Shown here piece by piece: positions 22,359 through 33,461 of a stretch of 64,000 nt of DNA. Every line of letters begins with the position of its first letter. Positions within the stretch are counted from its first letter, which is position 1. The position numbers were made by a program, and so were the translations under genes. The notes under the pieces are model-generated. The model was not told the DNA's origin and did not search any database. It saw only the letters and a list, made by a program, of their open reading frames with translations. The DNA is from Rebecca billardiae RCC1528 (Eukaryota; Protista; Haptophyta), in contig OZ251234.1 of assembly GCA_965240325.2 (NCBI GenBank), positions 434,001 through 498,000 of the forward strand, read 5' to 3'.

Positions 22359-22785
22359 CCGCTTACGCGCGCTGATGCGTAACGAGTGAGCTGTCATGTG
22401 CGGGCACGCCGGCGTGGCACCTTCACTCGGGCTTCGCGGGCCTCACCTCACAAACGCGACGCTGCTGTCGTCCTCAGTGGACTGTCTGCAGCGGGCTCAT
22501 CAGAGCTTGTTGCTGCCTTGACCGCGTGAAGGGGAGAACATTTCTCCGCCCGCATGATGCCGTCAAGTCTACTTAGTCTCAGACTGTGTATGCATCTATG
22601 TGTGCCCGAATGGCAATGGTAGGCGCAGTATCCCCTACAGTACAGGCTACAGCAGAGATGTACAGCAGACGCGACGAGCCGCCATCACGTTCCGTGTTTC
22701 TCGCCGCGGCAGTCCGGTCCCGGACTACCGGTGCCTCCGCGCCTCCTCCGCGACGCTGACCCCCCCGTCTCCGCGGTCGCGAGCT

Positions 22786-23745
22786 ATGGGGAAGCAGTCC
22801 AAAGCACCGCCCAAGCCACCAACGCCTGAGATTAACGCCTATGGCTACCTGCTCCTCGCCGCTGAGGCCGCACGCCCGTACGTCAACGCGCTATGCTCGA
22901 GTGCGTCTGCGCTGCACAGCCGCGTCGTGCCCACTTACGTGACCAACGACGAGCTGCTGTGCCTGGCCGCCGGCCTGGTGGTGACCTTCTTTGGCGCGCG
23001 GTACATGGCGACGATTGCAGCGGTCGAGGCATTCCGCATGGTGGGCTGGTCCTCGAGCAAGGCGTCCTTTGAGAAGCTGCACACCAACTACACGCTGGCG
23101 GCAGCGGCGTCGGCCAAGGACGACGAGGTCGACGCAAACAAGGACGGAGTCGCTGACGTGAAGCAGATCCCGCTTGAAGAGCTCGTCAAGCGGAAGCTGC
23201 CGATCGTTCTCAAGGCGATCGATCCCGCGGGCGTCTCCGACGCCCTGGGCGCCCTGTACGCTGGCGCGTCAGCGGTGGTCGCAACGCTGCGGGTGCAGTT
23301 TGCACAGACGCTCACGCTCGGCGCAGCGATCGGTGACACCGCCGCGGAGTGGGTACGCGAGCCCGCTACGGCCGCGCTCACGGCCTCGCTCCCTGACGAG
23401 TACACCAAGTTTGCGCCTATGCTCGTCCAGTACGTGACTCGCATGATAGGCGTGTCTCTCGCCTTTCTGATTGCCCGCTATGCGGCGGCTGCACACTCGG
23501 CTGCGCGTGGCTCGCAGCTGCTGCTGCGCGCCGCGGCGGGGATGCTGGCGCGCACGAGCTACTTCACCGAGGAGCAGCTTGCGGACAAGACCTCGCGCAA
23601 GCTGGCGCAGGCGCTGCTTGCCTTGATCGGCTTCTCGTGGCAGGCGCGCTCTGGCTTTGGCGCGCCTTTCCCGCTGAACGTGCTTCTGCTGCCGCTCTCA
23701 CTCGTGGAGTGGCTGCTCATGACCGCTGTGGGCATGTCGCGCTGA
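22786..23745 (+). CDS. multi-pass membrane protein of unknown function with an EF-hand-like DxNxDG loop
   Basis: 319-aa ORF, several hydrophobic segments, DANKDGVADV. Confidence 0.75.
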   Translation: MGKQSKAPPKPPTPEINAYGYLLLAAEAARPYVNALCSSASALHSRVVPTYVTNDELLCLAAGLVVTFFGARYMATIAAVEAFRMVGWSSSKASFEKLHTNYTLAAAASAKDDEVDANKDGVADVKQIPLEELVKRKLPIVLKAIDPAGVSDALGALYAGASAVVATLRVQFAQTLTLGAAIGDTAAEWVREPATAALTASLPDEYTKFAPMLVQYVTRMIGVSLAFLIARYAAAAHSAARGSQLLLRAAAGMLARTSYFTEEQLADKTSRKLAQALLALIGFSWQARSGFGAPFPLNVLLLPLSLVEWLLMTAVGMSR

Positions 23746-24224
23746 TCGCGGGGCCGCGGCGCTGAAGGAGGGGCCCAGCTGAAAATGTCGTGTGACGGGG
23801 CATGTGCAAGCTCCCCTCCTGCATCCCCGTCTACAATATGGACCTCAACATGGCTCATCATCATCTTCTATTCTTCTTGACGGTCGGCACCGCCGACCGG
23901 CTTACTGTAGGTGCGTGCGCCCGCAGGCCACTGGCACTGGGGTACGGGCAGAATGCGGCCTCCGCCTCAGCGGGCTCGATCGGCGGCCAGTATCTTGTGA
24001 GATCGATGCATGGAGGCGGAGTCTTCGTCGTCAGCATCATCGGACGTCGGTTCCGCGGCGTATAGTAGTAGTATGTACGAGTCCGGGGCCTCGGACTTAT
24101 CATTCTCAGGCAGTGATGGACGAATATAATGCGGTCTCAGTGACTCGCGGCTGCTTGAGTGCTAGTGAGTCTGCTACCTACCTACTGGCCAGATTTAACG
24201 TAGTGGTTAGTGCATGCCCACGTC

Positions 24225-24265
24225 GCGGGCTCCACGCTGCGCGTTCCGCCCTGCACCGCGGGCCA
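24225..24265. mobile_element. solo right-end fragment of the TA-adjacent element family
   Basis: GCGGGCTCCACGCTGCGCGTTCCGCCCTGCACCGCGGGCCA matches the terminus ending at 2615. Confidence 0.75.
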
Positions 24266-24720
24266 TAAGACTGCATGATGATGACCGTAGGCTCCCGCGG
24301 AAGATATTCTCTTATGCTAGACAGCTATAAGCTATAGTACCGGGACGTAGTTTTTATTAAAATAAATAAAGTACTCTCGTCAGTTACCGGAACCAAGGTC
24401 TACTCACTCAGTCTAGTCAATCCGGGCCCGAGTCGGGTCACGGGTGTCAGCCACTATAGCTAGTCGCGGACGCCGCGGATGAGAGGCGCTCGTGCTCGCG
24501 GCCGCGGCCGCGGCTGGAACTGGAAGTCCAGGCTGGGGGCTTCGCAACGTCAAAGTGGCCAGACTCAGGCTTGCAACAGCCACAGCCCACGGCCGCCCGC
24601 CGCCACCGGGACAGGCGCCGGTCCGAGAGCCTCAGATTCAGGCACTGTCGGCCTGCGGTCGCCCGTCCACGCGTCCACGGCCATCGCACGAGCAGTGTCG
24701 CGTTTCCTGCGAGCTCATGC

Positions 24721-25545
24721 TCACTGCACCACGCAACGCCCATCGTCGCCCCTACTGTCGCTTGGCCGGCTGTCCGCCGCGCCCGCCCCCGCGCCAGCCC
24801 TCAAGTGTGGGCTCAGATTGCTGTCGGAGGCCACGGTGGGCATCGGCGGGATGGGGCTGCTCACATCGGAAGGGCTGACGTGCCACGCGGCCTCGTCGCC
24901 GCGCGTGCAGAGGGCCAACTCCGTCTCTCCCACCGCGGAGATCACCGTACCGCTCGCCAGCGCCGGCATGTCGAAGTGCGGCTGGGGCTCGTCATCCTGC
25001 ATCAGCCGCAGCTCGAGGAGTCGTTGGTCGAGCGTCCGCCACGCGGCGGATGGCAGGCGGCGGCGACACTCGTGCAGCGCGCTCACGATGGTCTGTTTCG
25101 CCGTGTAGAAGGCTGGCACGCTGATGTGCACGACGAGCGGCTCGCTCGAGGCCGAGTCTGGCAGCGGCGGCAGGTGGATCGAGAGCTTGACGGACTGGAA
25201 GCCCACACCCTCGGAGCGGCAGCGACGGTGGTGCGCGCGTAGCCGCTCTGCGGGCATGGCGAGCTCGGGGTCGTCCATGTCCGACCACGCGGAGAGCTGG
25301 CGGCTCATGAGCGACGGCGTGGAATCAGTTCGTCGCATCGGAGGTGACTGCTTGACGAAGCTCTCGCCCGCTGGCACTGTCACGGGGACAGGCTCCGCGA
25401 CGGCCGGCGCGGCTGTGCGCACTGCGTCGAGCGAAAACATCTGCGGCAGCAGCGTCGCGCCGGCCTGCTCCGTGAGTACGGGCGACGCGAGCAGCGACTC
25501 CGACAGGGCGGGTGTGTCGAGCTGGTCCCCCGTCTCGATGATCAT
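24721..25545 (-). CDS. protein with SIN1/Avo1 CRIM-like domain (TORC2 subunit-like)
   Basis: LSIHLP...VVHISVPAFYTAKQTI...LELRLMQDDEPQPHFDMPALASGTVISAVGETELALC resembles the CRIM consensus; gene limits uncertain. Confidence 0.55.
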   Translation of the reverse strand: MIIETGDQLDTPALSESLLASPVLTEQAGATLLPQMFSLDAVRTAAPAVAEPVPVTVPAGESFVKQSPPMRRTDSTPSLMSRQLSAWSDMDDPELAMPAERLRAHHRRCRSEGVGFQSVKLSIHLPPLPDSASSEPLVVHISVPAFYTAKQTIVSALHECRRRLPSAAWRTLDQRLLELRLMQDDEPQPHFDMPALASGTVISAVGETELALCTRGDEAAWHVSPSDVSSPIPPMPTVASDSNLSPHLRAGAGAGAADSRPSDSRGDDGRCVVQ

Positions 25546-25809
25546 GACCACGGACGCGCCCGCCTGTGACAATGCCGTTCCCAATGCCGTCCCGGCTCGG
25601 CCGACCAAGTTTTTGCCTCAGCTTCCACTCTTCCAGACGAAATGCGCTGCGCCGGCGGCGAAAATGGAATAAAATGATGGCAGCAGGAGTGCGCGCAGGA
25701 CCACCCTCGGTCGGTCGGTTGGCAGGAGCTCCGGTCCTGGTCAGAAGCTCCTCCCGGTCCGGGTCTCGTACACCGGCGGCTTGCGCAAGGGTGAAGGGTC
25801 TCGGCGGAA

Positions 25810-27105
25810 ATGGCGTACGCCCGCCGCTGCCGCTCGGCGATGCTCACTCTGGGCTTCTCGATTGCTGCGGTGGGTGGTCGTTTCTCGGCCGGCTCGCTTC
25901 CGATCGCGCGCACACTAAGCGGCCCGACAGCCATCTACGCCATCTCCGACATGCACACGGACCGCGCGGAGAACATGGCGTGGGTTCGCAGCCGTGCTCA
26001 CTACCCTGCTGATGCGCGCACATCGTGCTGTGTGGTCGCGGGCGACGTGAGCCACCGGCTCGACGTGCTCGAGGAGACGCTCGGTCATTTGTGCGATGCA
26101 TTTGCCCGCGTCTTCTTTGTGCCAGGGAACCACGAGCTCTGGATCAGGCCGAGCGACGCGGCGGGGCCGGGCGGCCTGCTCCAAGATTCGCTCGCCAAGT
26201 CGGACGCAATCGCGACGCTGTGTGCGGAGCTGGGCGTGAGCACCGCGCCCGAGCTCGTGGGCGGCGTTGTGATCGTGCCGCTCCTATCCTGGTACGACCG
26301 CTCACTCTCGATGCCCGACGTACCCAGCCTCCCGCTGAAGCTGTGGTCTGACTTCTCACGCTGCGCATGGCCAGTGGACCGCTTCGGGCGCGCCCCGGCG
26401 CGCACGCTGCCGACGAGCGCCTTTAGCGCTGCTGCGGCCACGCGCGACGCCGCGATCGCGGCATACTTCCTCGCGGAGAACGAGCTCACGGTCGAGTCGG
26501 CCTCAGCCGCCATCGCGCAGCTGGCCGAGCTGACCCGCGCGGACACGGCGACGCCTCTGGGTGCTGCCGAGCCTTCGCCTGCCCGGCCAGGGCGCTCCGT
26601 GCATGCGGATGGGCCGCCGGGCCTGCCGCCGCTCGGCGGGGTGCTCTCCTTCTCGCACTTCCTGCCCGCTTCGTGCTGCCTGCCGGACTGGTGCGAGCCA
26701 GAGGCCACCGCCTTCGACGCGCGCTGGCTCTCCCACGGTGCGGGCCGCAAGGCTGCGCTCTTTGCCGCGGTGGCCGGCTCGAGCGCCCTGGACGCGCAGC
26801 TGCGCGCGCTCACGGCTGGCGAGCGCATGGCAGTGCCGCATGTGCACGTCTTCGGTCACTCGCACCGGCCAAAGGACGTGCGCGTGCGCGGGGTGCGCTA
26901 CGTGCACAATCCCGTCGGCAAGGGCTCCGAGCGCGACTGGGGCATGCTCCCTGCGCCGAGCTTCAAGCCGCTGTGGGACGGCTCTGGCCGCGCGCTGCCA
27001 GCGCAGCGGCCTGTCATCCGGTACTGGGAAGAAAACTGGAGGGAGACAGGGCGCGTGCCGGGCCGACAGACCGCGACAAAGCGGAGGCTTGACTCGCGCC
27101 ATTGA
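25810..27105 (+). CDS. calcineurin-like metallophosphoesterase
   Basis: AISDMH, AGDVSH, VPGNHELW, FSHFLP, FGHSH metal-binding motifs. Confidence 0.88.
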   Translation: MAYARRCRSAMLTLGFSIAAVGGRFSAGSLPIARTLSGPTAIYAISDMHTDRAENMAWVRSRAHYPADARTSCCVVAGDVSHRLDVLEETLGHLCDAFARVFFVPGNHELWIRPSDAAGPGGLLQDSLAKSDAIATLCAELGVSTAPELVGGVVIVPLLSWYDRSLSMPDVPSLPLKLWSDFSRCAWPVDRFGRAPARTLPTSAFSAAAATRDAAIAAYFLAENELTVESASAAIAQLAELTRADTATPLGAAEPSPARPGRSVHADGPPGLPPLGGVLSFSHFLPASCCLPDWCEPEATAFDARWLSHGAGRKAALFAAVAGSSALDAQLRALTAGERMAVPHVHVFGHSHRPKDVRVRGVRYVHNPVGKGSERDWGMLPAPSFKPLWDGSGRALPAQRPVIRYWEENWRETGRVPGRQTATKRRLDSRH

Positions 27106-27116
27106 CGCACTACGAA

Positions 27117-28580
27117 CTAGCAGAACTACTTGTTATTCAGGTGGCTGGTTCTGACAGAATACAGTGCCAGTTAGAGCCCTGTATGAATACCCGGTCGGAC
27201 GGCGGGTGTTGTGATCCCGCCGCCCGAGCACCAGACCAACGGGCCCTGGGTGGGCGGGTTGCCGAAAGATGTTGGTCGGTGCACGCGACGCGCCACCCGC
27301 GTGCGAGCCGCCGCCGCCGGCGACGCAGGACGAGCTTGGCTGGAGCCATCTCGCACGCCGCGCCTGGCGAAGCAGGCGGCAGAGGCCGGCGCCGGAAATC
27401 GATCTCCTGGGCGGCAGAACAACCCGGACAGACTGTTTGTCCGGGAGCAGCGCCCTTTGAGGCGATGGTCTGGTAGAGGGCGATGTGGCTGATGAGCGGC
27501 GCTGGCGCCCGGCGTTCTTGTCGTCCTCTTAGACAATCAGTTATTGTACCAATAACCCCACGTCTAGCCGTCCTCGTGAACGCCGACGCCAACTGCTGGC
27601 CGAAGGTGGGCACGCCGCCTGGCATGTCGATGCCGAGGCGGCTGCGTGTGTTCCTACTCAGTGGGATTTACGTGTCCTCATGCCTTGGCGAGCGGCAGCA
27701 GATGCGGTGGGCATGCCGCTCGCCGTCGACGAGACGCGGTGCGTGAGTGATCCCGTTTCATGGTGTGTTGGGGAGCACCGCGTGGAGGAGAATCCCATTG
27801 AGTGATGGGAAGGAAAGGGGGCAAGGCACGTGTGAGTCGCGCACGCACGAGGGCCGGCCAGCGGGGGCTGGGCAGGTGGGGCAGTGCGAGTGAGACGGAA
27901 CCCGAATAGGAGAGATAGCAGGCAGCCGGCCCCGAGGCGCGGCGCTGCGGAAGCAGGAGAAGGCTAGACGGCCTTTGCGGATGCTGTGAATGGCCCGCGG
28001 GTGCGCACGGGGCCCGGCGCGCGGTGTGCCGCCAGCGGTCCTTGTGTAGGAGCCGGCTGGCGTTGGCACCGGGGCGATCCCGAGGCAGGGCGGGAGAGAT
28101 GGAGCAGCGATCCGCGTGGGGGCGCACCCACGGAGGAGGAGGCATGTGGCGAAGAGGGAACGGTGCGATCGGGGCGGGTGCGGAAGAGCCACAGGGTGCG
28201 CACGCACACAGAGAGAGAAGAGGCGGTGGCCCGAAGCGCGAGGGGGCGCGATGCGGAGCGTTGCTTACCGCCGAGTTGCCGAAAGATGTTGGTCGGTGCA
28301 CGCGACGCGCCACCCGCGTGCGAGCCGCCGCCGCCGGCGACGCAGGACGAGCTTGGCTGGAGCCATCTCGCACGCCGCGCCTGGCGAAGCAGGCGGCAGA
28401 GGCCGGCGCCGGAAATCGATCTCCTGGGCGGCAGAACAACCCGGACAGACTGTTTGTCCGGGAGCAGCGCCCTTTGAGGCGATGGTCTGGTAGAGGGCGA
28501 TGTGGCTGATGAGCGGCGCTGGCGCCCGGCGTTCTTGTCGTCCTCTTAGACAATCAGTTATTGTACCAATAACCCCACGT
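27117..28580 (-). mobile_element. probable non-autonomous YR-retroelement derivative with 306-bp direct repeats
   Basis: Direct repeats at 27258-27563 and 28275-28580; structured spacer like that of the 5692-10575 element; left boundary uncertain. Confidence 0.55.
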
Positions 28581-28975
28581 ATACTATGATCTCACCGGAC
28601 AGTCCCGGGGAAGGCACCGCCGTCTCTCTCTCTCTCTCTCTAGCTCTCGTCGTTAGATCTCTCTCTCTCTCTACTATATACTGCTGAAGATTCGCGTCGT
28701 ACGTACTGTTAATGTATACGGCTACGCACGCAAGCCCCGGCCCGGTGGTGCCCAGCCCGTCGGACCGCGCGGCATTATTCATCGTAGTCAGCTTGCGACG
28801 CGCACGGCCACGGTGACGGTGCCTCAGGATGCATGACTCGGCCCGCTCGGGGCGCCTCACGCCTGGCCGCGCGGCGCGGCGGTGGTGTGGCCATCAGGTG
28901 AGGCCCCAGGCAGTGCCAGTGACTCGACGCCGCGCAGCCTCGGCGCGTCCGCTCCGGCGCGAGGTGGGCTGCCCC

Positions 28976-30633
28976 TTAGTACTTCTTCTCAAATTCGTCA
29001 CTGATCTGCTGCAACGACTTGCCTTTCGTCTCGGGCACGCGCCAGTACGTGAAGTAGCCAAAGCCGAACGTGAGCCCGATGAAGATGAGGTAGGTGTGCC
29101 TGCCGATCAGCGCAAAGATGATCGGGAAGAGCGTGGACACGGTCAGGTTGGACAGCCAGTTGAGCGTCTGGCCGACGCTGAGCAGCGTGTCCTTGGCGTA
29201 CACGGGCATGATCTCCGAGATGAAGAAGCCCTCCACGTTGCCAACGCCCACCGCGAACGCCACGATGATCAGCACCATCGCCACCACCTGCAGGTTGCTC
29301 ATCAGCGTCGGCAGCACGCCGTACACGTCGCCGAGCGTCTGCGCGCCGTAGATGGCGGCAAAGCCCAGGCACATGCCCACCCACGTGGTGATGATGAGCG
29401 CGCGCCGGCCGGCCACGTCCATGAGCCCCATGGCCGCGAACGTCATCGCTAGGTTCACCAAGCTGAGCAGCGTCGTCGCCAACTGCGGGTCTCCCACGCC
29501 CGCCTTGCGGAACCTGGCGCGGCGCGCGCGCGCGGGCCGACGATGTGAGGCAGGGTCAGGGCGAGTGAGGTCGCGGGTCGTCCCCGCGCGCGGCGCGCAG
29601 GCGTGCGTGGACGGCGTGCGGCGCGCGCGCACATCATCGTCGAGTAGTAGAAGATCGCGTCGATGCCCGAGAACTGCACGCCGATCTTGAGCACCACGCC
29701 GACGATCACCTGCTTGCGCAGCTTCTCCGACTTGAAGAGCTGCACGATTGTCAGGTCGGCGCTGCTCGAGCCGCCCTCCTCGACCTGCTTGGTGAGCGTG
29801 TCCATGTGCGTGTTGGCCGAGTTGGGCACGTGCAGCAGCGCCAGCGCCTGCTTCGCCTCGGCCTTCCCCTTCTTCCGGATCAGGAAGGACGGCGAGTCCG
29901 GGCACCACGGCAGCACGAGCAGCTGCAGCAGCGAGAAGCCTGAGGGGACCAGGAAGAGGTATCGCCACCGCGCGGCGCTGCCGAGGGTGTGAAAGAAGGG
30001 CGCGGTGAGGAAGTTGGAGAAGGCGATGCCGATCACGATGCCCGCCTGCGAGCACACGCCCACCGCGCCGCGCACGCGGATCGGCGCGATCTCCGTCATG
30101 TACGAGCCGGCGGCCATCTGCGCGACGCCGGCGACCACGCCGATGCTCACGCGGCCGAGCAGCAGCACCCACCAGCGCTGCGCGAGGAACATGAGCGCGG
30201 ACGAGGCGAAGACGAACGCGTTCGCCAGAAGCAGGGTCTTCTTCCGCCCAAGCCGCGCGAGCGGCGCGACGCAGCCGTACGAGCCGATCAGGCCGCCGAC
30301 AGAGAAGAAGCTGTTGATGAGCGCCCACTGCACGATCGAGATCGGGTGGCCGGCGCGCTCAAACGCCGGGCGCACGACGGGCTCGAGGTTGTTCAGCGAG
30401 CCTGTCGCGAAGCCAAACTGGAAGGACGAGCCCAGCGACACCGCCGCGACCGTCACCATCAGCCGCGCGACGCGGAACGTGCCCGAGTGCTCCTGCTGGT
30501 CCTCGCCGAGCAGCGGCTCCTGCGCGTCCCGGAGGAACTGCGAGAAGGAGCGGTTGCTCGTCTGGCTGTCCATCCATGGTGGCGTGAAGCTACCGTCCAC
30601 GATGGTGACGTAATCCTCCTCGGACTTCCGCAT
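28976..30633 (-). CDS. MFS sugar porter (GLUT/SLC2-like); exons 30633-29633, 29513-28976
   Basis: GSSFQFGF, LGRKK, EIAPIRVRG, PDSP, QFSGIDAIFYYS, DVAGRR, NW, VPETKGKS; GT-AG intron 29632-29514; N-terminal EPLL. Confidence 0.92.
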
Positions 30634-30971
30634 GGGCAGCGCGCACGGAAGTCCTTCAAGAATTGGCACCCGGCGCGCGAGCCACGACGGCACCCGGCGC
30701 GGATTGAAGGCTCGGCGATGAGGGCCGATGACGAGTGACCGGAGCCGCCGGCCGCCGCAACGTCGTCGGCAGCTAGCAAACGACGAACTCCGATTGGTAG
30801 AATACGAGTACTGGCGTGGGCGGAGAATCCCAACCGCCTACCCACACTGATGAACAGTTTACTAAAAATAAGAGACGCACACAGCTCAGACAGGCGAGAT
30901 TGAGTACCCCCCTGTATGGAGATATGGGGGTAAGGGATCAAAGATTTGCGCGCATATTATCGCGAGCTAGC

Positions 30972-33461
30972 ATGGAGGGCGGCGGCGCTCTGCCAGTGGC
31001 TGCGAGCGTCCTATCCCTGTCCCTGTGCATGGCGGCGAACTCCATCGTGCTCGTACTCCTACCAATCCCTACATCTGTCGCCGCCCGCGGCTCGTCGTCA
31101 CGCGCGCTCTGGTCCGTCTCATCGGACACGCTTGCGCTGCAGAACTTGGGCCACTCGGCCTTCTTCGCATGCTTTGCGCTCTCGTGGGCGCTGCGCCGCA
31201 ACGCGTTGGGGCAGATGATGGTGCAGCTGAGCGGGCTGCTTGTGGGTGTCTCTGCGGTCGCATACACGCTCCTCAGTGGCGGTGTCACGCGCTGGGCGGC
31301 GGGCACCATGTTGTGCGCGTGTGTTTCCACTATCGCGCGCTGCACCCGTGACGAGCCGCAGCTGGCAGTGCTGCGGGCGCGCCTGTACACGATGGTCGCA
31401 CGGGTCGACGGCGGCTGGGGTGAGTACGCGGATGCGCGCGTGCGCTGGTGGTCGGTCTGGCTGCGGCGCTGCCTCCTCGCGCAAGCGTGCTCACACGCGC
31501 TCTGGGTGTGCGCGGCCGCGCGCGACCGCGGCTGGAGCCTGCACCCAGGGCAGGGCCCAGGCTCGTGCCCGGACACGAGCCCGGGCGCGCACGCGGCGTC
31601 GGGGCTCGGGTGCAGCGAGGCGTGTGTGCTGCGCGCCTTCATCGAGTCGCACACCATGGGCTTCCACCAGGCGTTCATTCTCGCCACGGGCTATGCGCAC
31701 GCGTTCGCTGACCACCCCGCCCACAGGCAGGCGGGCGTGGCCTACTCGGTGGCCGGCGCGGCCGTGCAGGCGCTGGCGTTCGCACACGCCGCAGCGACGG
31801 CGCCTCGGCGTGGCTGCGCCGGTGCGGACGGTGGTACGTGCTGGGAGCCGCCGCTCCTCGCACTCGGCGCGCTCCTGCCGCTCGTCTCCATCGCTTGTTC
31901 CGCCGGTCTGCTGGTGGCGCTGCGCGCGTCGCGCTGGCTGCCGTCCACCGCAACCGCTGCCGCGGCTGCGGCGCAGGGGGCGGCCGAGCGACGCCAGGGC
32001 GCCGCGCTGGAGGGCGAGGGCCGTGCATGCGCTGCAAAAGACGACACGTCGCGCTGCGCTTCTGATACGGGCATCCGCTCGGCCACTGACGCCTGGCTGA
32101 CGTTGCCGGCCCTCGCAGGCTCAGCGCGCGCGCCCGCCCGCGTGCGCACAGCCGCTCGGCGCGCCTGGGCGGCGACAGTGGCAAACGCGGCGCTGTGGCA
32201 GCTCCAGGGGGCGCTGGCGCTCGCGCTCACGCTGCTGGCGCAGCCCGAGCCCGCACCCGCCCCCTCCGTCGCCGCGGCCATGCGCGACGGGCTGAACTGG
32301 GGCATGCACGGGGCGGGCATCTCCGTGTTCACAGCGGCCCTCGCCCTGTGGAGCCCAGCCTCGTGGCCGTTCACGCGCCCGGCCGTGCTCGGCGGCGCCG
32401 GCGGCGGCGCACTTCTTGCCGCGCTGCAGCTGCGCGCCCTCTCGCCCACGGCTACCGCCGCGACGGAGCTCGAGGCAGGGCCGCTCGCAGGCGCTCTGGT
32501 CCTGGTGCTGGTCCGGGCGTTCATGCTCGCGCGCGTGCTGTGCGGGCTGCTGCTCACCGCGGCCTACGCCCAGCTCGACAGCGATGTGCACGCGCTGTCG
32601 GAGGAGTGCACGCCCTGCCCCAACGCCGGCTCCGAGCCGAAGTTGGCTGACCCGGGCGCAGGCCGCAGCGGCCGGTCGAGCCCGCCGGAGGAGGCGCCCC
32701 GCACCAATGCCGGGCTACGGGCTGGCGCGGTGCTCTACCTGAGCTGCGCGCTGTGCTACTGCGCGCTGCTCGCCAGCGTGCTCGCGCCACAGCCGACGGC
32801 TGGCATGGGTGCGGAGATGGGCGCAGGTGACGGAGGGTGCGCACAGCACGCGCCCGGTGGCGCGTGCGTGCGCTCCGCTCAGGAGCTCGCCCCCTGGCCA
32901 GCGGTGCCACCGCACGAGGCGGCGGCCGAGTGCACGCCGCCGTGGCGCATCGCTGGCCCACCAGCCGTGTACATCCCGCTGTTCCATTTCGCCTACTTGC
33001 TGCCCTCCTTCGCTCTGTCCGGCACTGCATACCGCTTCCCGCCTTCTGCGTGCATCGGCCATGCGTTCGCGGCCTCGGCGGCGCTGCTCAGCGCTGCGCA
33101 TGCGCTGCTGCTGCTGCTGCTGTGGCGGCAGCGGGAAGACTGGGATCATCCGAGCACGCGCCTGCTTGGCGCAGCAGCCTCGATGATCGTCGGTGCCGGG
33201 GTGATCTCAGGCGTGCTTCGCACCGACATGCCCCTGAGCGAGGCCGCAGCTTGGCGGCGCCAGTCCCATGCTGAGGCGGCCCCTCACGAGCCGCAGGCAA
33301 ACGAGCGCTCGGATGAGAGCGAGCGTCTGCTTCATGATGACGACAACTCTGCCGTCGCCGGCATACCCACTGCAAACACCCGCGCGATGCAAGCGGCTGC
33401 GCACATCAACAATCATCTCGCTTCTGGCCGGCGATACGGTCCGCAGACTGACTTATGGTAG
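30972..33461 (+). CDS. large polytopic membrane protein of unknown function
   Basis: 829-aa ORF from ATG 30972 with many hydrophobic helices and an apparent internal repeat. Confidence 0.7.
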   Translation: MEGGGALPVAASVLSLSLCMAANSIVLVLLPIPTSVAARGSSSRALWSVSSDTLALQNLGHSAFFACFALSWALRRNALGQMMVQLSGLLVGVSAVAYTLLSGGVTRWAAGTMLCACVSTIARCTRDEPQLAVLRARLYTMVARVDGGWGEYADARVRWWSVWLRRCLLAQACSHALWVCAAARDRGWSLHPGQGPGSCPDTSPGAHAASGLGCSEACVLRAFIESHTMGFHQAFILATGYAHAFADHPAHRQAGVAYSVAGAAVQALAFAHAAATAPRRGCAGADGGTCWEPPLLALGALLPLVSIACSAGLLVALRASRWLPSTATAAAAAAQGAAERRQGAALEGEGRACAAKDDTSRCASDTGIRSATDAWLTLPALAGSARAPARVRTAARRAWAATVANAALWQLQGALALALTLLAQPEPAPAPSVAAAMRDGLNWGMHGAGISVFTAALALWSPASWPFTRPAVLGGAGGGALLAALQLRALSPTATAATELEAGPLAGALVLVLVRAFMLARVLCGLLLTAAYAQLDSDVHALSEECTPCPNAGSEPKLADPGAGRSGRSSPPEEAPRTNAGLRAGAVLYLSCALCYCALLASVLAPQPTAGMGAEMGAGDGGCAQHAPGGACVRSAQELAPWPAVPPHEAAAECTPPWRIAGPPAVYIPLFHFAYLLPSFALSGTAYRFPPSACIGHAFAASAALLSAAHALLLLLLWRQREDWDHPSTRLLGAAASMIVGAGVISGVLRTDMPLSEAAAWRRQSHAEAAPHEPQANERSDESERLLHDDDNSAVAGIPTANTRAMQAAAHINNHLASGRRYGPQTDLW

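Noticed and set aside
27489-27530. CTGATGAG as a hammerhead ribozyme core
   Set aside because: No GAAA after a stem II and no closing helices found
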